A DNA stretch of 64,000 nt from Paragordius varius. Its lineage: Eukaryota; Animalia; Nematomorpha. The first letter of the stretch is position 1. The number at the start of each line of letters is the position of its first letter. A program made the translations under genes and the position numbers. Positions 1 to 13,858 of this stretch are shown here, piece after piece. The stretch lies in contig OZ176052.1 of assembly GCA_964247055.1 (NCBI GenBank), forward strand, positions 7,936,001 through 8,000,000, given 5' to 3'. Below the pieces are notes generated by a model. It worked only from the letters and a program-made list of their open reading frames with translations. It was not told the origin of the DNA and did no database searches.

Positions 1-2972
1 AGCAAATATTTTTTATAAGATTAATCATATTTTCTAAACCAGGGGTGTCCAACATTGTCTTGAACATCATATTCGACCCGCGAAATTTGTAAAATTATAC
101 TTGAAAAATCCTAATATTGTTCACACAAATATTCTGAATAAATCTATCCAATAGGCAAGAATATGAAGAAATAATTACAAATCTCCACATATATATTTCA
201 ATGCGGCACGCCTGTTTTTTCAACTTAAAAATGTTACCCACTTCTAAAACATATAACGCTGCGGGTATTGCAGGAATATAGATGCTAAAACTATCATATT
301 AAATATTTACAAATATTAATTAATAGGCTACGTAGGCATTATCCAGTGTTATAAAAGAATAATTGTCTTTTTAAAAATAGTCGTTGAATTTTTGTTTTAT
401 CCGTATAATAATAATTTTGTTATAAAATTGAAAAATAATGTGCACAAAATCGGGGGGTAACAGAAAACACAAAGGAATTATATGTGAAATATATCAGAAT
501 TATTATGGTACTTTTAGTTTTAAGCCTTTTAGCAAAATTAGCGCCTATTATATCAATAATTTTGGTAAAAATTAAATGGTTCTAACCAAAAAATATCATT
601 TATTCTATCATAAACAATAATTAAGAAGCTAAACAATTTTCATAAATTTAATATTTAAAATTTAGGTTCCAAACTCGAAAATATTTTGTTAAAGCGTATT
701 TCCTGCAATTTCAAGCATGGCGTAATTGGCATAATACGCTTTAAAATACTATAAATTAATTTTCTTATATAATTTGATAGATTTTGATTAAAAAATTCTT
801 TTTTTTTCATTTAACGTTGATTATATATTTTATTTATATTTGACAAATTTGGCGCATATTTTTATCTATTTGCAATCTAGCATATTTTAAATGCTTATCG
901 CGCAATCTCGGCTTTTCAATTTTAAGAAAACCAGATTTAAAGGAAGGCACTAATTTGCGACTTTTCCACAAAAATTTTTTAATTTTAAATTAATATAGGT
1001 TTGATTTTTAAATTTTTCTGCCACTCAATTTTGCATTTTCTGATATGAAGTATCATTTTAACAGCAAATCTAAATTAAAATCTAAATTATACCTAAGAAT
1101 TTTTATAATTTTTTTTATAAATATGTACCCTCTTCAAAATTTTACTAAAATATTTTTTTTGAAAATACAACAAATGTCCATTTATAATTTATTATTAGAA
1201 AGAGTAATAAAAACTCTAAAAAATTTATAGCTAATATATTTTGCATCGTAATTTAATATTGAAGAAGCGACAAACTCGCCAAGCAGGAGCGTTTTTGCAA
1301 ATAAATATATTTTTAAAAGGGATGCATGAAATAGCTCATACTTTGTGTAGATACAATGAATGTCTAAATAACACAAGAAAGTTTTTTTTGATAAAAACAC
1401 TTATTTATTGCTTTATGTCATTCAAAACAGTTTAGGTTTATATTTTAAATAATTACCACTTCATCAATATGAATTATTTTCTTTGAGAGGCTTATAATTT
1501 AAAATATCCAAAAACTATTAGATTAATGCATTCTTGATTTTTTCTAACCATTTTGTACTAAACTTTGCATTTTAATATCAACTATAATTATTAGTAAATA
1601 TAGATTTTTTATAAAAAAGTAAACCAAAAGCTTTTTCAAATATTTCTTTTTATTGTATACTAATGCAAACCAGAGGCGTAGTTTACATTTCTGACGCCGC
1701 GTGCATGAATTCGTAAGGGCGCTCCCTCTACTTAACCCCTTGCATTTTAAAAAAAATATTATATTTAGAGCGGGATGAAATGTGGTCCGTCAAAAATAGA
1801 AACGCGTGAAAAAAATGCACATTCAACCCCTTCCTTTGAAAACGACGGCTTGCTTAGCAAATGTATCAGTAATAATAAAATAATATTAGTTTCTGCGCGA
1901 AAAGTTTGACTTAGTTAAATATAGATGTTGTATAAAAGCAGATTCAAACTGCATATGCGTGGCCCGACCCAATTTTTTTTGAATAATGGCTTGCGTCCGA
2001 AAAAAAATGACAATCCCTCGGTATTAAAAAAATGCCACAAAAGTTTGATAACAATTTACTGCATCCTTAGACATAAATATAGCAAATTATATATATAATT
2101 CAAATTTTTTTCTTTAAATATTATTATTATTAAGGTCCTCTATTGTATGGATATTGTTGAAAAATATCGTGGCGCCGTTGTTAGGCAGAGGAATTCTCAA
2201 AAAATATTGCGGCCCCCTTGTTGGGCAGAGTTGTTGCTAAATTATTAGTATCAGAGGTATTGTTGTCGGATTACAATTATCTGACCCTAACCCTAATTAT
2301 TAGGATGCAAATATGATTGCAACCTTTCTCTTAATTCTTGTGCGGTATAATTTTCTTTCAATTTTCGTTTTTTATTTTGAGAACCGCTAAGTTTAGGCAT
2401 TCCCGATCATAATAATTTAAATAAATAAAAATTTTTCTTATTTGAACTATTATCCTATCCTTTCCTTCGAGATTATATTACAGTGGGAAACAAAAAATGA
2501 AAAGGGAGGCATAATGTATGCAGATGTAGATGGTATGCCATGCCTTAAATTGGGAAAGATAAAATAAACAACTATTTCGAAATTTGTTTCTTATAATATC
2601 AATTTTAATTGAAAGAATTATACCATAATGGGTGGCACTGAGAAAATATATATATACATAATTTGAAAGGAAATTAACATGTCATTTTGATCAAATATTT
2701 TAAGGTAGGTTACGTAATGATATGAACAGGCCTAGGTTAAGAAAGGTAGGCACTTAAAGATAAAGTGGAAATAATAAATAAGGATATGAAACAGTAAATT
2801 TAAATAATGATAATATACTTATAAGGAGAATTTTGATCAAGATAGAAGGTCATAAATGGGTGATCTTTTTATGTAATAAAAATAATAACTTTTAAATTCT
2901 TATTATTTTGAAATAAATTTAATTTAAAAAATCCAGCGCCACCTTCAACTATGGCGCGAAGATGGAAAAATT

Positions 2973-3042
2973 GCGTAGTTACGGGGTTCGAACTCTGGCA
3001 TGCAGTGTATGTCCGGTGCCTTACCTACTATACCGTCACGCC
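2973..3042 (-). other. tRNA-derived SINE head or tRNA pseudogene
   Basis: The minus strand reads GCGTGACGGTATAGTAGGTAAGGC...AGAGTTCGAACCCCG...ACGC. These are A-box-like and B-box-like Pol III motifs at tRNA spacing, but the stems pair poorly. Confidence 0.35.
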
Positions 3043-3487
3043 TTCATGTTATAATTATTATACTGATAATTTAATTTTAAAAATGCTTATTGTTGAACCA
3101 GGACCAATTTAAATTAAAAACTAAAATACGAACCAAACCCGTATCCATTTGATATTGTGAAATTTATGGATATTGCTTTTAAAATAAGACACAAAGCAGG
3201 TTACACAAAATTTGCTATAAATTGTTTTGTGATACACTACGATTATACTTTTAACCTAAATTATTAATTATGAAAGACTGTTTCTTATCATCCGCCAGGC
3301 CTAAGAAAAAACAGACATTAATTAAAACCCAAATAATTTTATCTAAATTTTGTGTTAACCTTGGGTCATAGCAATAAAAACTTTGCAATCCACAATTAAT
3401 ATAACCAATCGCATTTATTTGTATAACCTTGATAATTTATAAATATTTTTTTTCCATAAATTATAAAACAAACCTTTTTTCATATCT

Positions 3488-6400
3488 TTATAAAGTTTTA
3501 TAATTATGGTAATGTGAAATGGCATGTGAATTTGATTGAGTTTCATTAGTATCAAACCCGTTATTAGTATAAAAATATTTGTTTTTATTATTGGAAGAAG
3601 ATAATAAAGTTGATGGATGATCTTTCCAATGATAATTTAGCGAGAGAGTAGATTCCGCCCTTTCACTTAACCTCGTTAGGCGTGTCGTGTTTGATGAGGT
3701 GCTACTTAAATTTTTGGTTAACAAAATTTTGGAAAATAGACAACCATCCTTCCTAAACTCGAGAGTTTTTGCGTGAAAAATGTTGCTGCTGTTGTTGGAA
3801 TTTTGTTTTTTTACTCGAGTACCACTTTTATTGGAATTATCCTTATTTTTTCTGTCATTGTTATTGTTAAAATCGATTATATATGAATCTTCGACACTTT
3901 CAGTATGATTCAATATGGTTTGATGTTCATCAACTTTATCCAAATCAAAATAATCATTATCCACATAATAATCAGTATTTTCCATGTCCTTACATTTATT
4001 ATGTTCCATTATAGCCTTGGCCAAATTTTGTACTAATGTGTGAAAGGTTGGCCGTACATGGGGTCGCACATGCCAACATTCTTGCATAATTTTATACCTA
4101 GGTATGAATGTATCAAATATTTTTAATTTACGAATGGTTTTAATTTTTTTAGTAATTCACAGAAAAAATAAAACTAAAAAATGTTTAGATTATATTAGTA
4201 TCTGATTCTAATTATACTTATTATTTATGTGAAATGAATAATTTTATTATCGACAACAACTAAAAATTAGCAAATTTATCATTTAAAACATATATTTGTC
4301 ATTAAAAAAAGTTATTTTTTGAAAAAAGGAACTCAAATTATTTCACAAACATAAACTTAACTTACAGATCATCACTGGCATGTAAAGGCTTGCTCAATCG
4401 TACACCCTTTTGCAATGCCGCAATAAATTTGGAACCAGCTTCGTATTCTGGGTAAGGTGAATGGCCTAAGCTAAAAATTTCCCACAACACAACCCCAAAT
4501 GACCATCTGTATAATTAGTAAAATTATCAGAGGAGATCGGATAGAATATCAAATATTATTTAAATAATAAATAATACATATCGCTTTTTATCGAGTATTC
4601 GTTGTCAAGAAGTGCTTCCAAAGCCATCCATTTAACGGGAATAGGAGTCTAAAATGAATAACAGCTTCATAATATTTTTTTACGTAAAAAAAATAAAAGA
4701 CATATATTTATTGTAACCTAAAAATGGAATAATATAAAGAGTTTTTTATGAAAGTACGTGTTATATATATATGAAACCATAATATGTGTTTCTCGAAATT
4801 AAAGGAATTCGTGCCAATTTTAAATTAAAGAATTTTATTGTACCTGTAAAAATTAACTTTATTCAGTTGGCAAACATGTAAAGATTAATGATAAATGATC
4901 TGGTTACATGAAATAAATATTTTTTTACTTTTTTAACCCTTTACCAACCACCATTTATTTATAGTCAAGATATATATTCATTATACAGTGGTATCATAAA
5001 ATTTTTATTCAAACCTTTGACGATTTAACGTAATTGTAGGAATACAGATGCTTTGAAAGTCCAAAATCGCCTATCTTGACAGCATTATTATGGTGCAAAA
5101 GTACGTTACGGCACGCCAAATCTCGATGAATAAACTATATATAAAATAAAAAAATATATGAATAGTGAAAAAATGATTATATAAATAGGCAAGGGAGATT
5201 TCACAAAATTTTAATTGAATTTTATTGTACCAAAAAATATGTGTTTTAAATAATAAAAATAGTAATATATATATAATAACAAATGACAAGGTTGAATCGT
5301 TTTGTTAAAAATTGTTTAAGTATGAATATCTTTTAAGATTTTTGGAAAAGGATCACAAAATTATCCCAACTCAAATAAACACCCATGGAAAATACAATGG
5401 ATTTATATTAAAATTATAAAATTGTACGCAAGCAAATAAAATTTACTTTTTTGGAGGCCAAAAAGTCCATACCCTTTGCAATTTGATATGCATAACTCAA
5501 AAGCACTGAATAAGTGAGTGTGGTTTGTTTTTGGGAATTATCTATATCTAAAATAAGATATATAAATATATAATAAAGAAAAATGGTAAACTAAAAGATA
5601 TAAATACATCAATCTACCTGGAGAATTGGAAAATGGTGATAAATCATAAGTATTTTCGTTGGCGGAAGTATATAGATCCCGATTCCTTTTAAGGTGATCC
5701 TTTAAGTTTCCATAAGCGCAAAATTCCATTATAATCATAAAAGACATATCTATTGGAAATAGAATCTAATTTTGCACATGCCAAATTTGTTAAACAATTC
5801 ATATATATCACGGTGCGCGTCAAAAAATAAATGTTAATAAATCATATATCATTCGATAGCTAAAAGCTTCAGAATAATGAATATCGAAATGATATTTGCG
5901 GTTTAAATATTAGAAAAAGAGTAATTTAATTTTTCTTTTATTGGTCAAAATCAAAAAACCGCATTTTTATCGCACATTAGATCAAATAAAATTAAATACA
6001 ATAAAGCGTGTCAACTAAATTTTATTTGTGTTAATATAGCATAAGGATAATAAACGCAAATTATTATCGAAAAAGTTTTTACATTTTTACTGAGGGTCAC
6101 AGAAAGATTTTCAAGAATATAAGCTGAAAATCGCATTTTGGCGTGAAATTCGATAAAAATTTATTAATATGCGGTAAAAGATTTTAATTTTTATTAAACT
6201 CCATATATTAAAATTACCCAATATATCTCGCCTTCAAAGAAGTTTGAGCCTTATATAAAAAAGAAAAATTTTCGATAATTTGGACCAAAGCGGAAGCTGC
6301 TCAGAATTTTTACAAAGCATTAAATATATATTATAAAATTTTCATAAGATTCGATGCAGAATAAAATATCTATCGACTCAGTTTTTTGATTTGGGGAATT

Positions 6401-9293
6401 TTTGTGCCCTAAAGCCGGTATAAAGCCAAAATGGCGCCAAAAATATCTAATCAAATTTTGGTAAAACCCCAAAAATTTGAGATAATAGATTCTTTTTCTG
6501 CATCGAATTGTATGGAAAAAGTATTTATAATAAATATTGGATGTTTTGTAAAAATTATGCGCAGCTTCCGCTTTGATGAAAATAATCGAAAAATTTTCTT
6601 ACTCATTTAAGGCTTAAATTTTTGGTGAAGGCGATTTATTGGGTAATTTCTATATATATAGAGTTAATATATGATCAAATAAAAATTTAAATCTTCTACC
6701 GGATATTTATAAATTTTTATGATGTAAATTGGCTGCCAAAGATTTTTTAGCTTATATTTTTGAAAATTTTTCTGGGACCCACAGTAAAAATGTAAAATCT
6801 TTGTTGATAATAATTTGCGTTTAGAATTATCCTTATGCTATATTAACACAAATAAAATTTAGTTGACACGTTTCTATCTATTATATTTAATTTTATTTGA
6901 CTTAATGCACGATAAAAATGCAATTTTTTGGGTAATAACAGAAAAAATTTTTTCTAGTATATTAACCGCACATATCATTTCAATATTCATTATTCCTGAA
7001 GCTTTTATCTATCGTATATGAATCATTAATTTTTATTTTTTAATGCCCATTTTGGCCGCACAGTGTATCAGTACTTGTATAAGTATAGATGTTGTACATA
7101 GCATCAAAAATGTGGATACCCAATATTTAAACCGATTTTATGTTAAATATATACTGTAAGTTAACTGATTTTGGGGTATGATGTAAACTTATGTCTTCAT
7201 TTTTTTAATTAAATAAATTTAACAATGGTAATGAAACCTTGCAAATCCTGCGAGCAAACCCCTAATAAATTAACAATGTTTGGATGTTTGCCCAATTTTA
7301 ACATGATTTGAAATTCGGAAATTAGAGTTTGGAAATGATTAACATCGTTGACGCCTTGTATTGTCTTGATAGCTACCTTAGTTCGCGATTCTTCTGGCGT
7401 TAAACCGATAACGAAGGCTTCAAAAACTTTGCCAAAGGTTCCGTGACCAATGATGGGTCCTAGAGGAAAAAATATGATTGGTAAAAAATTATAGCGAAAT
7501 ACATATTATAATTGAGTTAATGTGAAAAAAAGTGGTTATAAATATCCTTAAGTTGAAGATATTTATTGGATGAACTGAAAAAATATTTAAATTATTCTGG
7601 ACAAATATGTGTGATTACCCAAATTTATTCGATCTCTCGGAAATTCTAAAGCAGAATCAAAGGAAATGGTAGGTTTTGAGGTATCGAACGAAGGTATGGT
7701 CAGTGTTTTAATGATAGGAGGTTTTACATATTCCAAACATTTCAAATTCTTTTTCATCTGTTTGGATAAATGATTATATATCGACATCTTGGCTAATTCA
7801 TAATTAATTATTAATAGGTCAAACGGAAAGCATTGCAAGAAAGCAAAATAATATGTAATTTACTCGTATGGTATGTAAACGTTGTCGCACTATCAATGTC
7901 AGAAATAAAAGTAGTATAAGACTTATGGTTGTGGCAAACAGGTAGGATAATAGATTTAAAGGCCCATTCTTCTTTGTTTTCACCTCTTAAGTATAAAAAT
8001 GACCATAATACGATTTTTTATACATAATAAAAAAGAGGTTTTTTAAAAAATCATATTTTTGGAACCGTAATTCCGGTACTAAAAATGAATCGGCAAACGG
8101 TCCCGGTATAATCCCTAAATTGATCAAATTTTTAGAAATGTTAACAACATTACTTTTGGACGCTTTTTATGTTAAAAAAATTAAATATTATATTATGAAA
8201 ACTAAATCTATTCCAATAATGTGTATGAAACCCTGATAAATTTCGGCTGCAAAATATAAATCTGAGATCATTTGAGTAGAATTGTGTAATTGACAGCGCA
8301 CGTCTGCTCTTACAGCATAATCTAGTTCCAATACGCTTTCGATTGTTAGGATTCTTTTACTATCGCTTGCATTTATCCAGTATGTTCTGTTGTATGATAA
8401 CTAAATTTTAATTAGCAGTAATATGTTTAAATCATATATCTAATTTAAGATATTACATATTTTAAATATAAAGTTCAATCTATTACCGACTAAATGATTT
8501 TGTGAAAAATTAATTTTTGGTTTATTTTGCAAATTAAAGGAACAAATTGAAGCAAAATACCCAAAAATAATAGGATGGATCATAATCGATCCTCCCACCG
8601 AAATCATTGACATGATAAAATGAAGAACTCAAATCAGTCGTTTTGTTGAAGGTATAAGTTGTTACGCTTTTATTACTGGTGTCATTATCATTCAATGGAC
8701 ATAAATCATTTTCAGTATTTAAATGATTAAATAATTCGTAGTTCAGCGTTGGCTGACTCTCTGACAATACATTAACGATGGCTTCCATATTTTCGATGTT
8801 TTCAAAATTTTTTGGGCGTATAGGTTGAATACAATTTATATTTTCTGCTACCCAGGTAATGTAATAATAATATTCATCCAAATAGTTTAATGTGTGTGGT
8901 GTTTTAAATTGACATGCATACGATTTTGATATGTTTTGAATAGGATGGCCATAAAAACTATATAAAAGACATAACTTTTACATTTAAATAAAAATAAGTA
9001 CATTTTAAAATTAAAAAAAAAACAAATAATTACTATTATTAAAGCATAGAATTTTTAGCCCGAATTTATGTAATCGGAGCTTTTCATTTATTTTTTTAAA
9101 GGACCCATTGACTAAAGATTCAAAACAAATAAGCATTAAAATGATTTTTGCGTATATACCATTTACAGATCAAATTCACCCTTAAATAAATTATGTGTTT
9201 TTTTAATATAAAAAATTACCTTAATTTTTAATATTTTACAATATAAATTCTGTTTAAAATTAATATAATGCTGAAAAAATAATAAAATATGTC

Positions 9294-9327
<34 letters not shown>

Positions 9328-12300
9328 TTATGAATAATGTATTTATTAGCCAACACATAATTTATTTTTAGGGTTATTAATTGTTCAAGGGCGAATTTGA
9401 ATTGTTCGAGGGTGGATTTAAATTGTTTAGGGGTGAACTTGAATTGTAAATGGTATATTTAACCATTTAAAATCATTTGCACTTTAACAGTGTTTTTGAA
9501 CACTTCAAGTTGGTCCTTAAAATTTTTAAATTTTGATTTAACCATGATTTTCGCATATATTTTTTTATTATTTTTTAAACTAATTTTTTTTGTTTAATAT
9601 ATATTTATTTATTTTAAAATAAAAATTTCCATACAAAACCACTTTTTTGTTTCAAATTTTTTCCAATTTAACAAATTAATTAACTTTTAAATGTTTTCAA
9701 TGAAAAATTGTAAATAACCCAGAAACTTATATATTTTTTAATTACGTGTTAAAATCTTATAAATATCCGAAGTAATTTTAAGAAAATAAAGATATACGGT
9801 TTCTCTATGATTAAAAGTTGCTATTGATTTAAAATTTATGAATAATAGAAAATAGGTTGAAAACGATAAAATAGATGAATGATATACGATTTGATTAATA
9901 AAAGTTAAAAACAAAACTAAAAAGTCAAAGGACCAACTTGAAATGTTCAAGGACCATCTTGAAATGTTCAAGGACCAACTTGAAGTGTTCAAGGACCAAT
10001 TTGAAATGTTTAAGGACCAACTTGAAGTAAGGATAAACTTGAGATGTTCAAGGACCAACTTGAAGTGTTCAAGGACCATCTTGAAATCAAGGACAAACTT
10101 GAAGTGTTCAAGGACACTTTTGAAGTGCAAATGGTATATAACAATGTTTAACAAAATATCTGAAAAGACGGGCAAAAATATACCTAAATAGATTAATCTT
10201 TTTGAAGCTATAATCAAAGGTATTGATAAAAGTATCTTTCGATTCGTTGCTATCAGCGGCTAATAGTTAAAAAAATTAATATTTAATATTTTTATAAGAT
10301 CGGTGAAATAACCACAAAATTTTTGGAATAGGAAATTGAAAATATAACATTTTATATTTTAATGTCATGACCTGATTGTACGAAACGTTATTTAATCAGT
10401 TGACCATATAATTGTTTTAGCTATTTTTGAAAAACAGCTTTATAAAATTTCGAGTTTAATATGATTCTACTATATAAATGTAATTTTTCAATAATAATTT
10501 ATTTAATATAATGTAATTGGTCAATCGTTAAATTTTGACATTCCAGAAAATTAATAAATCAATATTAACTAACCATTGAATGGCAGCGTAGCGTTAACAA
10601 CATTTTCATTGAAATCATCGACAGTACATGATGTTTGATGAGGTTTTGTAACATTTGAATAAACCTCAATATCCAATTGTTTGGTAACAAATGTCAATGG
10701 AACCTCATCACTAAATTGTTCTCCATCTATCCGTAAATCGGCCTCTTCCGTAGGACCTATCACAAATTTCTATAATGAAACAAAAACATTTGGATAAATT
10801 TCCAACAAATAATAAACAAAAATTAAAAATAAAGTATACCACAATTTTTAACTTTGATTTTCGACATTACATAAATTTGTAAATTATAAAATTAAGTATG
10901 TTATTAACATATATCTCTCTTTCTTATTTCGAAACCCAAAACGATAGGTTATACCAAAAAAGGTAAAAATATGGTTTACTTGAAAATCTTCCATCTTTGT
11001 TTTTAATATTTTAATTTTACTGTAAATTTAAAAAAAATTTAAGCACTCGATTTAAAAGTAAATAAAATTATAAAATTTGAGACGCACAAATTAAACATTT
11101 ATACCTTAAAAGAACTTTGATTAACAAGGGCATTGTCAAATTGAACATTCCAATTTAATTGGACATGATCATTGCTATAAAGGTTGACAAAGCATGTCAA
11201 GGAGTTGGAAGTCCACGGATTAAATCCAGAATAGTCCCCAAAGGGAATTAAAATAAATGGATTTAATTCTTTAATCTTACCTGAATATGTAAAAATTAAA
11301 AAATCATCAGATTTTGAAAAATTAAAAAGAGAAATAAGCCGAATTCAATGTTATTTATTTGGATTAAAAGTAATACATTTTAGTTAAAATCAATTTAAAG
11401 GGTTGGTCTAAAATAATCTTAGTTTTAGCCGTTTATTCAAATTAATAAACTTTAATTATATAAATAAGTGGTACTCAAACCGCGGCCGTAAAACTGCTTT
11501 ATTATGGCCCTGTTTATCTATAAAAAAATTATATGGTATTTATTTTGGGTATAAATGTCAAATGTGTTAAAGAGCTATTAAGATTTAATTTTAAGGTCGT
11601 GCACGGCTCTAGAGACAAAATAAATATTTTTTGCGGCCCTTTAAAATTTTTTGATGACTAAAATAAATAGTTTAAGAGTGGCGTAGTATCATAATCATAA
11701 ATTACTTTTAAAAATTAGGTGTTATCCAATCTAAACAGTTATAGACTTGGATACTCAAAAGATATAAGATATAAAAATTTAACCTTTATATATGGTTATG
11801 ATTTTAAGCGATTGAGTTAAGTTATATAATTGAACGGTACAGGTGTAGCTATCATGATATCGCATTGTTGGTTCCTCCAAATAAAACCCTTTGAATGGAT
11901 TAAAAGTATCCGAAGATTGATTCAATTTTGAAAATACTTCGGTTTTTGTGCCATGCAAGCTAACATTAGCCCAACTGAATGTAGAAATACATGGGAAATA
12001 TAAGGATTGTCCTTCAAACATAGCCAAATATATGAAGTTAATATCATCTTCTTTTTTACCCGTGTACAAAAATGGTAATGTAGCTACATTATTATCAGAC
12101 TTAGTGGCAATCAATTGTTTATAATCTAAGAATATGTTAGTAGTATATAAATCCATGAATAAATATATATATTGTTTTGCAATACCAAAAAGGTAAAAAT
12201 GTTTTTGTTTCTTTTAGTATAAAAATTGTTAGGTTGAATTATGTACACATTATTATTTTTAGGAATTGTTGACGACGCAGAGCAATTCAATCTTCGACCA

Positions 12301-13858
12301 TATAACATTTAAACGCATTCATCAACAAGGTATATGAAAAATGTAGGAAAAATGTCATATAAAACGCTTTGATGTCCAATATTACCGTTTTGAATCGCTC
12401 ATAAAAATTGGAATTATATATAAATAAGATTAACACCTTTAGGATATATTTATTTTATTTACCAAAAAATCACAAAATTTAAATAAGCTGTTGATACTTA
12501 AATTTTGTAATCGAACTAGATTCTTGATTGTACGAAAAAGTTGACTTTAACATCTTATTATAATCTTTTAATTTTTTAGCAAATAAAATTTATGTAATCA
12601 ACTGTAATATTTATAATCTATAAAATTGATTACCGTTGACAAAAACATATAAGGACTGGGAATGTTGAGTCCGATTGATTTTTGCGTGGTGGATATAGCA
12701 CTGGAAAAAACCAGAGCTTATGTTTTGAGAGTGGCTGATAATTGTTTTTGAAGCCATATATACGATGGAACCAACCTTAACAGAACCATATATGACCTTC
12801 AAGGTTTATAAAATAATAATAATTAAAACTGTGATAATCTTGTTTTATAATTACTCCAATGGACATCTTATAATTACATATTATTTCTATAACATTTCAA
12901 ATTTAAAACAGATATGTCATATAATATAAATATATAAGCAATTTTAATAATATTTAGAGCTCAATAAGCGTGTAAATGCCATTATCATCTGAAAATATTA
13001 TTTTTTTCCATATTACTCTAACAGAGTTTTAAAAAAATTGGATTGGAACCTATCCCATTTTTGGTTCCGGCTTCTGTCATTTTGTCAAATAGTTCTCATT
13101 CCATTTTTAATTGATATAACTTAATTATTTTGGCACAATATAGTAAAAATTTTGAAAAACACTTCCAAAATTTTAAAATAGCACAAATAAGATTAAAAAA
13201 ATATTTTTTTGACACTATTTGGAATTACCGTTCCAGCTTCATTTATGTTAAACATAATTATGAAAAAAAACTATCCGTTTAATAGATAAAAAGTTTCCTA
13301 CACGCATTTAGCGTTAGGGCATGTTAGATCGAAATATATAAAATAAAAAAACTTTCTTAACTTAAGAATAATGTATTAACCTGATTTTGAGACACATTAA
13401 CCAAAGGCACCTGAGTAAGACTTCCACACAAAATATCCAAGGATTGATTAGTTGCATAATCAATATATGGAACATGTCTCCAATATTTTAATAAATAATA
13501 TCGCGGTATCCATAAAATTACGCTTGTGTCAACTAAAATTACAATAAATAAATAAATACTATTTGAAAATTGTTGATATTACATTATTAATTTTATAATT
13601 TTTGCTATATAAACATATATATTAATAAAATATTAAACACAATTTTTTTATTAGTAATTAATCAAGAACATTGAACATTTGAAATCGTTAGCATACATGC
13701 ATTCATTGACTGTAGGCCAGTTGTTTTCAACCAATCTAAAATTGTCCATAGTTATACTTTGATAATTTATAACTATTATTAATATTTTTACTGGAAAATA
13801 GTAAAAACACAATAGCTATCAAAACAAATATCGTAATAAATAACCAACTTTGCTCCAT
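3488..13858 (-). CDS. PDGF/VEGF receptor family (Pvr-like) receptor tyrosine kinase, 18 exons, ~1131 aa
   Basis: Phase-consistent GT-AG exons: 13858-13792, 13532-13381, 12796-12634, 12125-11784, 11280-11105, 10769-10574, 10259-10184, 8957-8561, 8400-8232, 7985-7864, 7757-7619, 7459-7238, 5749-5618, 5547-5447, 5134-5015, 4648-4578, 4506-4366, 4097-3488 (sum 3396 nt). Signal peptide [22 protein letters not shown]; Ig-like motifs ([14 protein letters not shown]; VEGFR-D2-like EGQSLYFPC...KGFYL...SYTC); TM segment [22 protein letters not shown]. Kinase motifs [28 protein letters not shown], a short kinase insert, [50 protein letters not shown]. Ectodomain exon boundaries are less certain than kinase ones. 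Confidence 0.9.
5809..7065. mobile_element. Non-autonomous palindromic (foldback/MITE) element with CACGGTG...CACAGTG termini
   Basis: Long imperfect inverted arms (e.g. catatatcattcgatagctaaaagcttcagaat vs attcctgaagcttttatctatcgtatatg). A second, interrupted copy lies at 34566-37320. Located in an RTK intron. Confidence 0.75.
9155..9457. mobile_element. Foldback-type element with TATACCATTTACA termini and 21-bp subterminal repeats
   Basis: Left end tataccatttacagatcaaattcaccc; right end gggtgaacttgaattgtaaatggtata; gggtgaatttgaattgttc-type units. Other copies at 25773-27099, 29246-29497, 39875-40289 and 61506-61810. Confidence 0.75.
9460..10138. mobile_element. Variant foldback element with ~9 copies of a 21-bp unit (aaggaccaacttgaa(a/g)tgttc) in the right arm
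   Basis: Tandem 21-mers at ~9925-10125 end in gcaaatggtata. One inverted unit (gaacacttcaagttggtcctt) sits at ~9497-9518. This repeat explains spurious ORFs 9738-10217 and 9943-10191. Confidence 0.65.

Noticed and set aside
2281-2305. CCCTAACCCTAA telomere-like motif
   Set aside because: Only two units; consistent with chance or a MITE fragment.
9738-10217. ORFs 9738-10217 (-) and 9943-10191 (+) with periodic heptad-like sequence
   Set aside because: Both arise from the stop-free 21-bp tandem repeat of a foldback element. The real RTK exon here (10259-10184) uses another frame.
12126-12308. ORF with an LNCS Ig-like start considered as an RTK exon
   Set aside because: Its donor phase does not fit. 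The flanking exons (12634 and 12125) join directly in phase 1 to give VFVN-D-YKQ.
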